From Bacilli bacterium (GTDB taxonomy: Bacteria; Bacillota_I; Bacilli_A; RFN20; CAG-826), in the NCBI GenBank assembly GCA_051872395.1, contig JBJEDU010000031.1:2404-66403 (forward strand): a DNA stretch of 64,000 bases. Direction: 5' to 3'. Each line of letters opens with the position of its first letter. Position 1 is the stretch's first letter. The translations under genes and the position numbers were made by a program. Shown here in pieces: positions 38,955 through 48,898 of the stretch. A model generated the notes under the pieces. It did no database searches, had not been told where the DNA came from, and worked only from the letters and a program-made list of their open reading frames with translations.

Positions 38955-39067
38955 ACTTAATCATTTTAATACAAAAATGATTTTGTGAATATATCAAATA
39001 AGTCAATATAATTGAAAAACCGATGATTTAATACACAAAATATTAAAAATAATTTAGAATAATATTA

Positions 39068-40261
39068 ATGAAAATTTTAGTTGTTTCTCAATTTTATTAT
39101 CCAGAAAATTTTATTATCACTAATCTTTGTGAATCTTTTGTTAAAGAAGGACATGATGTCACAGTTTTAACAGGAAAACCTAATTATGGCTATGACAAAA
39201 TTATTGATGAATATAAAAAGATTAAATATGAAGAAATAAATGGTGTTAAAGTTCACCGAGTTAATTTATATCCTCGACATCGTTCTAGATTATCAATTAT
39301 AAGAAACTATCTTTCATATTGGATGAACGCAAAAAGATTTGTTAGAAAACATAAAGAAATGAAATTCGATGTCGTATTTTCAATGAGCTTATCGCCTGTT
39401 ACGATACTCGCTCCAGCAAACTTATATAAGAAAATACATAAAGTTCCTCATCTTGTTTATTGTGTAGATTTATGGCCAGAGTCGACAATCGTAACCCACG
39501 CAGTTAGAAAAGATTCCTTAGTGTATAAAATTCTTTATAAATGGAGTCAACTTCTTTATCAAAAAGCAGATAAAGTTTTGATATCATCGCCTTCTTTTGA
39601 AAAATATTTAAGAGATATATTAAAAATTAATTGTCCTATTGAAGTTTGTTATCAACCATCAATAATAGAAAATCATGAAGAAATTATTCCTACTAAACTT
39701 AATGATGGTTTTAATATTGTTTATTGTGGAAATATTGGTTCAATTCAATGGATGGAAAACGTTCCAGAAATTATGAGCTTGGTCAAAAATAAAAATATAT
39801 ATTTTCACATTATTGGTATGGGACCAAAAAGTGAATTACTAAAAGAAAATATTAAAAAATATCATGTTGAGAATAATGTTATTTATCACGGACCAATTAT
39901 TGCAAAAGTCGCAAGTGGATATTTATTATCCGCGGATTTATTATATGTCTCTTTACTTGCGGATGGATATGTAGGACAAACCATTCCCAATAAATTAAAT
40001 TTTTATATGACCTTTAAAAAACCAATTTTTGGAGTGATTAAAGGTGATGGATTAACCGCTTTAAAACAATCTGGAAATAATTTTTATAGTGAATTTAATG
40101 TGAACGATATCGCTAACAAAATTGATGAAATTGCTTTGATGGATAAAAAAGAACTCGAAACAATTGGAGAAAGCAATTACCAGTATTATTTATCAAATTA
40201 TTGTTTAAAAACCGCTTCAAATAAAATAATTTCGTCTTTAAAAGAGATTGTTAATAAATAG
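39068..40261 (+). CDS. Glycosyltransferase family 4 (WcaI/WbuB-like)
   Basis: The N-terminus MKILVVSQFYYPENFIITNLCESFVKEGHDVTVLTGKPNY is typical of WcaI-like GT4 enzymes. Confidence 0.75.
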   Translation: MKILVVSQFYYPENFIITNLCESFVKEGHDVTVLTGKPNYGYDKIIDEYKKIKYEEINGVKVHRVNLYPRHRSRLSIIRNYLSYWMNAKRFVRKHKEMKFDVVFSMSLSPVTILAPANLYKKIHKVPHLVYCVDLWPESTIVTHAVRKDSLVYKILYKWSQLLYQKADKVLISSPSFEKYLRDILKINCPIEVCYQPSIIENHEEIIPTKLNDGFNIVYCGNIGSIQWMENVPEIMSLVKNKNIYFHIIGMGPKSELLKENIKKYHVENNVIYHGPIIAKVASGYLLSADLLYVSLLADGYVGQTIPNKLNFYMTFKKPIFGVIKGDGLTALKQSGNNFYSEFNVNDIANKIDEIALMDKKELETIGESNYQYYLSNYCLKTASNKIISSLKEIVNK

Positions 40262-41395
40262 ATCAATCTTATTATTTACTTTGGTTAGTGAATATAATTC
40301 ATTAACTTTTTTATATCCGTTATTTTTAATTTCTTCTTTTTCTTGTTCACTCATTTCCATAACTTTTTTAAGCGCTGAAAATAAGGAATCTTCAATTGGT
40401 TCTTCTAACCATATTATTTCATTTTTAAATATCTTATGTAGGATAGTGGATTTCGTTGAAATCACAATAGTGCGACTCGATAAATATTCAATGACTTTAC
40501 TTGGAACAGAATATTTATCTATATCTTCTTTGACATTTCTTGGATTGATACTCGCTAAACTGTTTTCTTCATATATTTGAGTTTTGTTCATGTCGAGATT
40601 TCCAATATATTTGATATCGCATCCTTTAATTGCTTCATTTAGTTCATCAATATTTTCATGGTGACCAGAAATTATTAAAGATACTTCATCAGTGTTTAAT
40701 TTTTTATAAGCTTCTATTAGTTCATAAATCCCGAATTGTTTTAATAAGGTTCCTCCATAATAAAAATATGGTTTACCATTATTAATTTCTTTATTTAATT
40801 GAATATTTCTTTGGTTTGATAAACCTTCGTTAATAATATGTGGTTTATTATGAATGTTATATAGAGTATTTAAATTATCATTCAATGCAATATATCCGTT
40901 GAAATCATTACATTCTTTAAGTAATTTTTCTTTATAACTATCACTTACAAATGAGATGTAATTTGGAGAATCGGTTAATATTCCTATAAGAGGATAGTTA
41001 AACTTTTTGTTTAGTTTTTTAGCGATATAAATAGAAGTCATGTTCATCGTTTCTACGAAGATGATTGGTTTATTTTTTAAAGATAATTTTTTAATTATTT
41101 TTTGACATTCTAAGTAATAATAAATTGTTCTTAAATATTTATTTTTATAAATTTTTAAATAGTGATATTTAATATTATTTATAGTAGATGTTTTTGAATT
41201 TCTATCGATATTAACACAACTTTTTTCATATGGACGAATAGAAAAGACATAGACTTTATTAGAAAAAGATAAGGCGTTTATCATCTTATTATGAAAATTG
41301 ACGCTGGAGGGATTTAAAGTCTTTTTCCATCCCTTTTTGAAATTTTCAAATTCATCATTTTCTTGTGCAGTTGTGATATAGATGATATCTCTCAT
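40238..41395 (-). CDS. Glycosyltransferase (GT-B fold, GT4-like)
   Basis: The C-terminal region has a VPSKVIEYLSSRTIVIS motif, analogous to the EX7E region of GT4 enzymes. Its 3' end overlaps the convergent GT gene by 24 nt. Confidence 0.65.
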   Translation of the reverse strand: MRDIIYITTAQENDEFENFKKGWKKTLNPSSVNFHNKMINALSFSNKVYVFSIRPYEKSCVNIDRNSKTSTINNIKYHYLKIYKNKYLRTIYYYLECQKIIKKLSLKNKPIIFVETMNMTSIYIAKKLNKKFNYPLIGILTDSPNYISFVSDSYKEKLLKECNDFNGYIALNDNLNTLYNIHNKPHIINEGLSNQRNIQLNKEINNGKPYFYYGGTLLKQFGIYELIEAYKKLNTDEVSLIISGHHENIDELNEAIKGCDIKYIGNLDMNKTQIYEENSLASINPRNVKEDIDKYSVPSKVIEYLSSRTIVISTKSTILHKIFKNEIIWLEEPIEDSLFSALKKVMEMSEQEKEEIKNNGYKKVNELYSLTKVNNKIDLFINNLF

Positions 41396-42486
41396 TTATT
41401 TATCAATCCTTTAAATAATTCGATATGTTGGGCGACTGATTTTTCAATCGTGTTTTCCTTCGCAGTTTTTATTACTTCGTTTTTATTAATTGTTGATATG
41501 TTATTTAACGCATTAATTATTTCATCGAAATTATTAATATTTACTAGATAGCCATTTACTTGATTTTTAATAAGTTTTTTTCCACTTATTACATTCATTG
41601 AGCAAATAACTGGTAAGCCTTGAGAAAATGCTTCATTGACAGAATGGCCATAAATATCTTCTTTTGATAAAGTAATGTAATAATCACAACAAGATAATAA
41701 TTCTAACAAAGATGATTTCTTTAAAAATGGAACAAGATAAATATTATGAATGTTATTTTCTTTTATATATTTGATATATTTATCTTTCTCTTTCCCATCA
41801 CCAATAATCACTAAGGATTCTTTTCTTAACGAAAAGATTTCTAATAATTTGAAATTATTTTTTCTTTTGATGAATTGACCACTGGTGACAAAAATTTTCC
41901 CTTTGGTAGGAAGATTATATTCTTTTAATATTCTTTCTTTAATTACAGGTTCTATATCAGTAGTTTTTATTTCATTTTCGTAAATTGTTGAATAAATATA
42001 ATGATTAATTTTTTCTTCTTTCGCCCCATATTGAATTAGATATGGATCAGCTTCTAGACCAGGAGAGAAAAAAATTGATGCATGATTAATGAATTTAGTT
42101 TTTAAATATCGCTTGATGAAATTCGTCTTTTTAACGATTCCTCCATTGATATATAACACATATGGAATATGATGCTTAATCATATAATTTAATGCGATGA
42201 TTTCAGTAAAAGTTGAATACCCATTCATGATGATAATATCAAATTCATGATGATGTTTTTTGATATATTCTTTTAATTTAAAACTTAATGAATTTTCTCT
42301 TCCAATATATCCATGTTTAAAAGTAATAGATTTAAAATTATATTTTTTTTCATTATAAAATTCTTTTTTTCTATCTTTCGCTGAATCTCTTTCGAAGATG
42401 ACAGTTAAATCTATTTCTTTAGCAATACCATTAAATAAACTTACTTTATAAGGCGCTTTATGATTGAAGACAAATAAGACTTTCAT
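41392..42486 (-). CDS. Glycosyltransferase family 4
   Basis: GHSVNEAFSQGLPVICS is a GT4-type EX7E region. Overlaps the downstream GT gene by 4 nt. Confidence 0.75.
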   Translation of the reverse strand: MKVLFVFNHKAPYKVSLFNGIAKEIDLTVIFERDSAKDRKKEFYNEKKYNFKSITFKHGYIGRENSLSFKLKEYIKKHHHEFDIIIMNGYSTFTEIIALNYMIKHHIPYVLYINGGIVKKTNFIKRYLKTKFINHASIFFSPGLEADPYLIQYGAKEEKINHYIYSTIYENEIKTTDIEPVIKERILKEYNLPTKGKIFVTSGQFIKRKNNFKLLEIFSLRKESLVIIGDGKEKDKYIKYIKENNIHNIYLVPFLKKSSLLELLSCCDYYITLSKEDIYGHSVNEAFSQGLPVICSMNVISGKKLIKNQVNGYLVNINNFDEIINALNNISTINKNEVIKTAKENTIEKSVAQHIELFKGLINK

Positions 42487-42537
42487 TATTTAATATTATA
42501 AACAATTTATAATAATAAATGTTAATATAGTTTTTGT

Positions 42538-43221
42538 ATGGATAACAAATTAAATTGGGAACAAATATTTCATGAAATTAGCCAAAAAGAATATTTTAAA
42601 AATCTTTTATTTTTCATTGATGATGAATATAAAAATTATCCTTGTTGTCCTAAAAAAGAAGAAATATTTAAAGCCTTTGAACTCGTTGATTTTAATAAAA
42701 TTAAAGTAGTCATTATTGGACAAGACCCATACATCAATGAAAATGAAGCGATGGGTTTAGCGTTCTCTATTAATAAAGGAAATAAACTACCTCCATCATT
42801 AATAAATATCTATAAAGAAATCGAATTAGAATTTCATTTGAAGATGGATTTTTCTGATGGAGACTTAACTTATTTAGCAAATCAAGGTGTATTGCTACTA
42901 AACGCTTATTTATCTACTAGACTTCATCAATCATTAGCCCATAACAAGAAAGAATATCAATTATTATTTATTGATATACTCAAATATATCGAACAAAACG
43001 ATAGTCCTATTGTCTATTTATTATGGGGAAGTTTCGCAAAAAAATATAAAAAATATATTACTAATAAAAATCATTTAGTTTTAGAAAGCAATCACCCTAG
43101 TCCATTAAGTGCGAATCGTGGAGGTTGGTTTAATAATAATCATTTCATTCAATGCAATGAATATTTGAAAAATAAAGGCCAAGAGATAATTTATTGGACA
43201 AACACAAATAAAAATATATAA
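42538..43221 (+). CDS. ung: Uracil-DNA glycosylase
   Basis: Family 1 UDG motifs GQDPY (VVIIGQDPY) and HPSPLSA. Confidence 0.95.
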   Translation: MDNKLNWEQIFHEISQKEYFKNLLFFIDDEYKNYPCCPKKEEIFKAFELVDFNKIKVVIIGQDPYINENEAMGLAFSINKGNKLPPSLINIYKEIELEFHLKMDFSDGDLTYLANQGVLLLNAYLSTRLHQSLAHNKKEYQLLFIDILKYIEQNDSPIVYLLWGSFAKKYKKYITNKNHLVLESNHPSPLSANRGGWFNNNHFIQCNEYLKNKGQEIIYWTNTNKNI

Positions 43222-43350
43222 TTTGTCTTGGGAGCTTGTATAACAGGCTGAGAGGATTCTTCTTAGAATCGACCGTACCTGATCTAGGTAATTCTAGCGG
43301 AGGGAATTATTTTTTAATTAGCCCTCCTCCTATTTGACGAAATGGAGGAT
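43210..43350 (+). ncRNA. TPP (THI-box) riboswitch with expression platform
   Basis: Conserved core GGCTGAGAG...ACCTGATCTAGGTAATTCTAGCGGAGGGAA. A downstream CCTCCTCC segment (43323-43330) is complementary to the SD GGAGGA (43344-43349). It precedes a ThiT-like gene. Confidence 0.88.
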
Positions 43351-43355
43351 TTTTT

Positions 43356-44390
43356 ATGTCAAAAGAACTAAAATGGGGCGCGCTTATCGCAATAATCGCT
43401 GCTTCAATTTACGCAGTATTTGGACAACTATTAATTGTCAACAATACAGTTATTAGTGTTGTCAACTCTTTTACTGCTGATGTAAACGCTGTACTACCAA
43501 ATAGTTACGTTGTTGGTATAGTTGTTATTTTATTAATCTTAATTAATGTTGGTATATTAATTACCAATTTATTAGTTAATAAACCAAATAAATGGCTCGC
43601 GCCTCTTACTGCGGGACTTTTATTATTAACTGGAATTGTGTATTTTTATACTCCAACAATTTTTGTCGCTGCAACCAATTTAGAAAATGTTGATGTTACC
43701 TCAATTTTTACCGCATCAAAGCCATCAACATTATTTGGTTTAGTGGAAGATGCCGCTGATGTTGTTTTTGCTGGTGGTGCTTCAACAATTAACGGATTAG
43801 TTTCTATTATCTTATCTATTGTTTTCATTAGAGAAGTATTCAAGACATCAGTAATTACTGTTAAAGATATTGCTGAAATGGCTTCTTTAGTAGGATTGGC
43901 TTTAGTATTAGATTTAGCAATTTTCAAATTGAAAGTCGTTCCTAATGGTGGATCAATTTCTTTAGTTATGGTTCCACTTTTTATTATTGCTTTAAGAAAA
44001 GGACCACTTAAAGGTGTCATCGCATGTGGTATTGTTTTTGGTTTCATTAGTTGTTTGATTGATGGTTATGGTATTGTTACTTATCCATTTGATTATTTAT
44101 TAGGATTTGGAAGTATCGCTTTAGCGGGATTCTTTAGAAAATTCATTTTTAGAGAAGATGGAAAAATTACTGTTAGTAGTTGTTTATTTTTACTATTAGC
44201 AGTCTTTGTTGGTGTCTTTGGTCGATTTGTGGCTTCAACAATTTCTGGAATTATTTTATATGGAACTGATTTAGTTGGTTCAATGATTTATCAATTAACT
44301 TATTTAGCGCCTTCTTCAATTATTGTTTTAATTGCGTTATTCTTACTTTATAAACCACTCATTGTCATTAATAGTCGCTTTAAAGCATAG
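43356..44390 (+). CDS. thiT: Thiamine transporter ThiT-like protein with an approximately 170-aa N-terminal membrane extension
   Basis: The C-terminal half (LDLAIFKLKVVPNGGSISLVMVPLFIIALRKGPLKG...) resembles B. subtilis ThiT/YuaJ as I recall it. The N-terminal half adds about four TM helices. The gene is TPP-riboswitch controlled. Confidence 0.75.
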   Translation: MSKELKWGALIAIIAASIYAVFGQLLIVNNTVISVVNSFTADVNAVLPNSYVVGIVVILLILINVGILITNLLVNKPNKWLAPLTAGLLLLTGIVYFYTPTIFVAATNLENVDVTSIFTASKPSTLFGLVEDAADVVFAGGASTINGLVSIILSIVFIREVFKTSVITVKDIAEMASLVGLALVLDLAIFKLKVVPNGGSISLVMVPLFIIALRKGPLKGVIACGIVFGFISCLIDGYGIVTYPFDYLLGFGSIALAGFFRKFIFREDGKITVSSCLFLLLAVFVGVFGRFVASTISGIILYGTDLVGSMIYQLTYLAPSSIIVLIALFLLYKPLIVINSRFKA

Positions 44391-44415
44391 TATTCAAAAA
44401 CTTGTAATTAATATT

Positions 44416-44446
44416 GAAATCCTTGTCAAAACGGCAAGGATTTTTC
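44416..44446 (+). terminator. Intrinsic terminator after the thiT-like gene
   Basis: Stem GAAATCCTTG / CAAGGATTT followed by a T-run. Confidence 0.75.
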
Positions 44447-44618
44447 ATATTATTTACATTTTTAAACTGATTTTACGTATAATTTTTCGTTTTAAAGAAA
44501 TCCTTTCATTTTAAATTTTTATTTTCGAATTTATTTATGAGTAAAATTCAGCATATAGTATTTATATATTTCTTGACTTAAATATGTTATATTTATTAAG
44601 ACAAATGAGGTTTTGTGT

Positions 44619-45770
44619 ATGGAAGAAAAAGAGATCAAAAAAATAAACGAAAAAGTTGAAAAAGAAGCAATAGAAAACGTTGCTTCAAATGAGGAAAATG
44701 TCGTTAAAGAAAGTGTTACAGTCACTAACACTGAAGAAGAAAAAGTTGATGGTGATGCACCTTCAAATGAAGAAACTACAAATAACGAAGAAGTCGTTGC
44801 GACAGTGAATAATGTTAAATTAGTGAGAGAAAAAGAACCTGAAGTTGAAATTGGTAAACAAGTATCAGTTAAAGGTGAAACAATTACTAATCTCGATGAT
44901 ATTGAAAACGAAAGATTAACTTTCTATACCGATTATAAAAAACGTCAAAAAAGATCTAACATTTTAGCGATTGTTGTTGTCGCCTTTATCGCTTTGATTG
45001 CCTTCTTTATTTTCTCTGGAAATGATGTTTTAAAAATTATTGGTTGGGTCATCGCCGGTTTATTAATTCTCGGCATGATTTTAAATTATGCTTTGTTTAA
45101 AAGAAAAACTCCTGACCTCACTCAAAAATATATCGAAAAAATAAATAAGTTATCTAATGCTTATGTATTTGGACTCAGTGAATTAAAAGATACAGTTTCT
45201 GATTCTTTAGAAAAGATGCCCTTAAGTGAGATTATCGCTGATAAAGTGTATGTCAATTTAGTTAAAATTGGTAGCCGTAATATTGTTTATGGTGCTTATA
45301 AAGAGTCTCATTTTAAAGTGTGCGATTTAGCGCTTTACACTCACGGAGAAAAGCAAGAACAAAAAGCTGCGTTCGTGGGTAAATATATTACTTATCCAAA
45401 TAGTTTAAAATTTGATGGTCGAATTATTATTAACGTATGTGGTGAAAAGCCTATGGATTTACCGACTGACATTTTGGATTTAGAGAAAAAATTCAGTGAA
45501 GATTCATTAACAATATACGCTCCTGAAGGATTAGATTATAAAGATGTCATCAAAGAAAAATTCTTGAATAAATTAAAGAAAATCGAATTAAAAGACCACT
45601 TGCTCAATATTAATGTTGTCTTATGGGGTGGTCATTCCGCGGTATTTTTATCATATGATGATACAGTCATTTCTTTACCATTTGACAAAGAATATGACCA
45701 ATCATCTATTAAACAATATCGTAATAATTTAATGGATATCTTAGACCTTTTAGCAAGTATTAATAAATAA
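44619..45770 (+). CDS. Hypothetical membrane protein (acidic N-terminus, two TM helices, C-terminal globular domain)
   Basis: ATG 44619 has a GAGG SD 8 nt upstream. About 383 aa. No family confidently recognised. Confidence 0.7.
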   Translation: MEEKEIKKINEKVEKEAIENVASNEENVVKESVTVTNTEEEKVDGDAPSNEETTNNEEVVATVNNVKLVREKEPEVEIGKQVSVKGETITNLDDIENERLTFYTDYKKRQKRSNILAIVVVAFIALIAFFIFSGNDVLKIIGWVIAGLLILGMILNYALFKRKTPDLTQKYIEKINKLSNAYVFGLSELKDTVSDSLEKMPLSEIIADKVYVNLVKIGSRNIVYGAYKESHFKVCDLALYTHGEKQEQKAAFVGKYITYPNSLKFDGRIIINVCGEKPMDLPTDILDLEKKFSEDSLTIYAPEGLDYKDVIKEKFLNKLKKIELKDHLLNINVVLWGGHSAVFLSYDDTVISLPFDKEYDQSSIKQYRNNLMDILDLLASINK

Positions 45771-45776
45771 ATTTTT

Positions 45777-46304
45777 ATGGGATATTTTGGTCATTGGTTA
45801 GCGATAAAATCTTTTAAACATGACGGTACCTTACATCGTATTTGGGACCGTGGTTTAGTATTGGAAAATACCGATGAATATGTCATCATCGCATCTAAAA
45901 GAGCGAAAGTCGTTGAAACTAATGGTCGTAGTTGGTTTACAAGAGAACCCGCAGTAACAATTTTTTCAAAAACTCATTGGTGGAATGTCATCTGCATGAT
46001 TAAAAATGATGGTATTCATTATTATTGTAATATCGCTTCACCAGCGTTAATTGATAAAGGCTTCATCAAATATATTGATTATGACCTTGATGTTAAATTG
46101 TTTCCAAACGACTACACTCGTGTTTTAGATGAGAAAGAATATTCTATACATAAAAAAGTGTATTCATATGGAGAAAAGTTAGATCAAGTTCTTCATATTG
46201 AAATGCAAAATATATTAGAAAAAATGCATAATAGGGAATTCCCTTTTCAAGATGAAACCATATCATCTTATTATGATAAATTTTTAGGAATGATTAAAAA
46301 ATGA
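45777..46304 (+). CDS. DUF402 family protein (Ntdp/YgaC-like nucleoside tri-/diphosphatase)
   Basis: 175 aa. The pattern IKSFKHDGTLHRIWD...YCNIASP...IKYIDYDLDV is typical of DUF402/UPF0374 proteins. Confidence 0.75.
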   Translation: MGYFGHWLAIKSFKHDGTLHRIWDRGLVLENTDEYVIIASKRAKVVETNGRSWFTREPAVTIFSKTHWWNVICMIKNDGIHYYCNIASPALIDKGFIKYIDYDLDVKLFPNDYTRVLDEKEYSIHKKVYSYGEKLDQVLHIEMQNILEKMHNREFPFQDETISSYYDKFLGMIKK

Positions 46305-46759
46305 ATTATTTATATTCAAAAGAAATTAATATAAAAAATCTTGATGAACTCGTACTTTTTTCCAAGAAATTAAATTCTAATTTAATAAATGGAGATACCG
46401 TTTTACTTTCGGGTGACTTAGGGGCAGGAAAAACTACTTTAGTGAAATATGTCGCTAAAGAAAATAATGTTAAAGATAAGGTAATATCACCAACATTTAA
46501 TATTATGAAAATATATTTATCAGGTGAAAGACCAATCGTGCATATTGATGCTTATCGCTTAAATGAATCTAATATTGATATTGGTTTAGAAGAATATATT
46601 GGCACTGAACGAGGATTAACTTTTATTGAATGGCCGTATTTTATTGAAAAATACATTCCATTAAATAATATTCTTATTGAGATTTATAATCCCAATAATG
46701 ATGACTCTCGCCTCATTGTTATTAAAACTAACAAATTAGATATTTTAAAGGACTTATAA
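46301..46759 (+). CDS. tsaE: tRNA t6A37 biosynthesis ATPase TsaE
   Basis: P-loop GDLGAGKTT, about 150 aa, in the tsaE-tsaB-rimI-tsaD order. Confidence 0.9.
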   Translation: MNYLYSKEINIKNLDELVLFSKKLNSNLINGDTVLLSGDLGAGKTTLVKYVAKENNVKDKVISPTFNIMKIYLSGERPIVHIDAYRLNESNIDIGLEEYIGTERGLTFIEWPYFIEKYIPLNNILIEIYNPNNDDSRLIVIKTNKLDILKDL

Positions 46760-46764
46760 AATTT

Positions 46765-47349
46765 ATGTATAAATTATTATTAGATTCTTCTTTAGATTTT
46801 TTATCTATCGGTATTTGTAAAGATGATATTATTATTGACACTATTTCATATGAAGCGTGGCAGAAACAATCTGAACTCATGGTTTTTGAACTTGATAATA
46901 TTTTAAAAAGAAATCAAATATCGTGCGATGAAATCGATTGTATCGCGGTGACAATTGGTCCTGGTTCATATACTGGAATTAGAATTGCTTTAACAATCGC
47001 GAAAATCTTTTCTTTAGCAAAAAATATTCCTTTAATTCCAATTTCTTCTTTACAAGCTTTATCAAAAAAGGACACATACTCTATTACTTTAATTAATGCG
47101 AGAAGTAATAGAAGCTATTTCGCTGTTTACTATAATGAAACAAAAATTGAAGAAGACAAAGTGATGAAAAACGAAGATGTTTTAACCTATATTAATAATC
47201 ATAAAAATTATACAATATGTGGGGATACAAAATATTTAAATATCGAAAGTGAACATGTCGATATTTTAAATGAAATGAATAGAATATCCACTTATGTTCA
47301 TTCAGTGGACAACCCCGATTTAGTGAAACCAGTTTACTTAAAAGATTAA
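46765..47349 (+). CDS. tsaB: tRNA t6A37 biosynthesis protein TsaB
   Basis: YeaZ-like motif GPGSYTGIRIALTIAK, plus operon context. Confidence 0.88.
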   Translation: MYKLLLDSSLDFLSIGICKDDIIIDTISYEAWQKQSELMVFELDNILKRNQISCDEIDCIAVTIGPGSYTGIRIALTIAKIFSLAKNIPLIPISSLQALSKKDTYSITLINARSNRSYFAVYYNETKIEEDKVMKNEDVLTYINNHKNYTICGDTKYLNIESEHVDILNEMNRISTYVHSVDNPDLVKPVYLKD

Positions 47350-47350
47350 T

Positions 47351-47824
47351 ATGAATTATTTATTTAATATAAGAGAAATGACGCTTCTTGATTTAAATGA
47401 AATTGAGAAGATTGAAAGTGAATGCTTTTCCACAGATAAGTGGGATGTAAAACAATTAAAAGAGGAGTTAACTGACAAAGAATTTAAATGTCCAATAGTG
47501 ATTGAAATATATACTCCAAACGGCTATATCATCGTTGGTTATGCGATATATTATGTGACATTCTCAAGCGCTTCAATTGCTAAAATCGCTATTAAAAAAG
47601 AATATCGCCATAATGGATTAGCGAAATCATTAATGGAAGAAATAGAAAAAGATTGTTATGTTAAAAAAGTCATGAATTTAACGTTAGAAGTCCGCATATC
47701 TAATGTTTCTGCAATAAATTTATACAAAAAATGCGGTTTTCAAGAAGTTGTTATCAAGCCACATTATTATAGTGATGGCGAAGATGCGATATATATGATA
47801 AAGGAGGTAAAATCACAATTATGA
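47351..47824 (+). CDS. rimI: Ribosomal-protein-alanine N-acetyltransferase (GNAT)
   Basis: GNAT motif (YRHNGLAKSLMEE...LEVRISNVSAINLYKKCGF) and conserved position between tsaB and tsaD. Confidence 0.8.
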   Translation: MNYLFNIREMTLLDLNEIEKIESECFSTDKWDVKQLKEELTDKEFKCPIVIEIYTPNGYIIVGYAIYYVTFSSASIAKIAIKKEYRHNGLAKSLMEEIEKDCYVKKVMNLTLEVRISNVSAINLYKKCGFQEVVIKPHYYSDGEDAIYMIKEVKSQL

Positions 47825-48837
47825 GTTTAACAATAATGGCTTTAGAGAGTAGCTGTGATGAAACAGCGTGCGCAATTATAAAAGATAATGTGCTATTAGC
47901 GAATATTGTTTCTTCACAAGTTGATGTTCATAAAAAGTATGGTGGAGTTATGCCAGAGATTGCCTCTCGACTTCATAATGAAAATATTACTATAGTCATA
48001 AAAGAAGCATTAGAAGTTGCAAAAGTTAAATTAGAAGACATTGATGCTTTCGCTGTGACGAGAGGACCTGGATTAATTGGAGCGCTTCATGTTGGTTTAC
48101 AAGCGATGAAAACTTTATCGATGATCTATCAAAAACCTCTCATTCCAGTTCATCATTTAGCAGGTCATATTTACGCGAATGAATATGTTGATAATTTAAC
48201 CTTCCCTCTTCTTGCAGTAGTCACCTCTGGTGGCAATAGTGAATTCGTCTATATGGAAGAAGATATGAAATTTAAAGTTATTGGAGAAACTAGAGATGAT
48301 GCGATAGGGGAATGCTATGACAAAGTCGCGAGAGTGCTTGGTCTATCTTATCCAGGTGGAGTTATCATCGACAAATTAGCGAAAGAAGGAAAACATACTT
48401 ATGAACTTCCTATCCCATTAAAAGGAGAAGATACTTTAGATTTATCTTATTCTGGATTAAAAACACATGTCTTAAATCTCGTTCATAATCTTGAACAAAA
48501 GGGTCAAAAAGTTAATGTCAATGATATGTGTACTTCTTTTCAAATAACCGCGATTGATGAAATTGTAAAAAAAGCTGTTAAGGCCGTAAAAAAATATAAT
48601 GTCAAAGAGGTCGTTTTAGCGGGTGGGGTCAGTGCGAATTCATGCCTCAGAACAAGAATGAAAGAAGAAATGGATAAATTACACATTAAAATTATTATTC
48701 CTCCTTTGTGGTGTACGACTGATAACGCTGCGATGATTGCGAAAGTCGCTACTAAACTTTATGAAAGAAAAGTTTTTGCTCCTTTATCTATTGGAGTTGA
48801 TCCAAATTGGTCAATTGAAGATTATATGAATTTTTAA
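47821..48837 (+). CDS. tsaD: tRNA N6-adenosine threonylcarbamoyltransferase TsaD
   Basis: Kae1/TsaD motifs ESSCDET, HHLAGH, GGVSAN. Confidence 0.95.
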   Translation: MSLTIMALESSCDETACAIIKDNVLLANIVSSQVDVHKKYGGVMPEIASRLHNENITIVIKEALEVAKVKLEDIDAFAVTRGPGLIGALHVGLQAMKTLSMIYQKPLIPVHHLAGHIYANEYVDNLTFPLLAVVTSGGNSEFVYMEEDMKFKVIGETRDDAIGECYDKVARVLGLSYPGGVIIDKLAKEGKHTYELPIPLKGEDTLDLSYSGLKTHVLNLVHNLEQKGQKVNVNDMCTSFQITAIDEIVKKAVKAVKKYNVKEVVLAGGVSANSCLRTRMKEEMDKLHIKIIIPPLWCTTDNAAMIAKVATKLYERKVFAPLSIGVDPNWSIEDYMNF

Positions 48838-48898
48838 GTGACTAAAATAAATACAATATGTAGTATTATTAATAAATAATGTAAGGAAATAAAATCTT

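Noticed and set aside
43299-43327. The hairpin GGAGGG...CCCTCC after the TPP aptamer, considered as a transcription terminator.
   Set aside because: It has a large AU-rich loop and no following U-tract. Complementarity of CCTCC to the SD makes translational sequestration more plausible.
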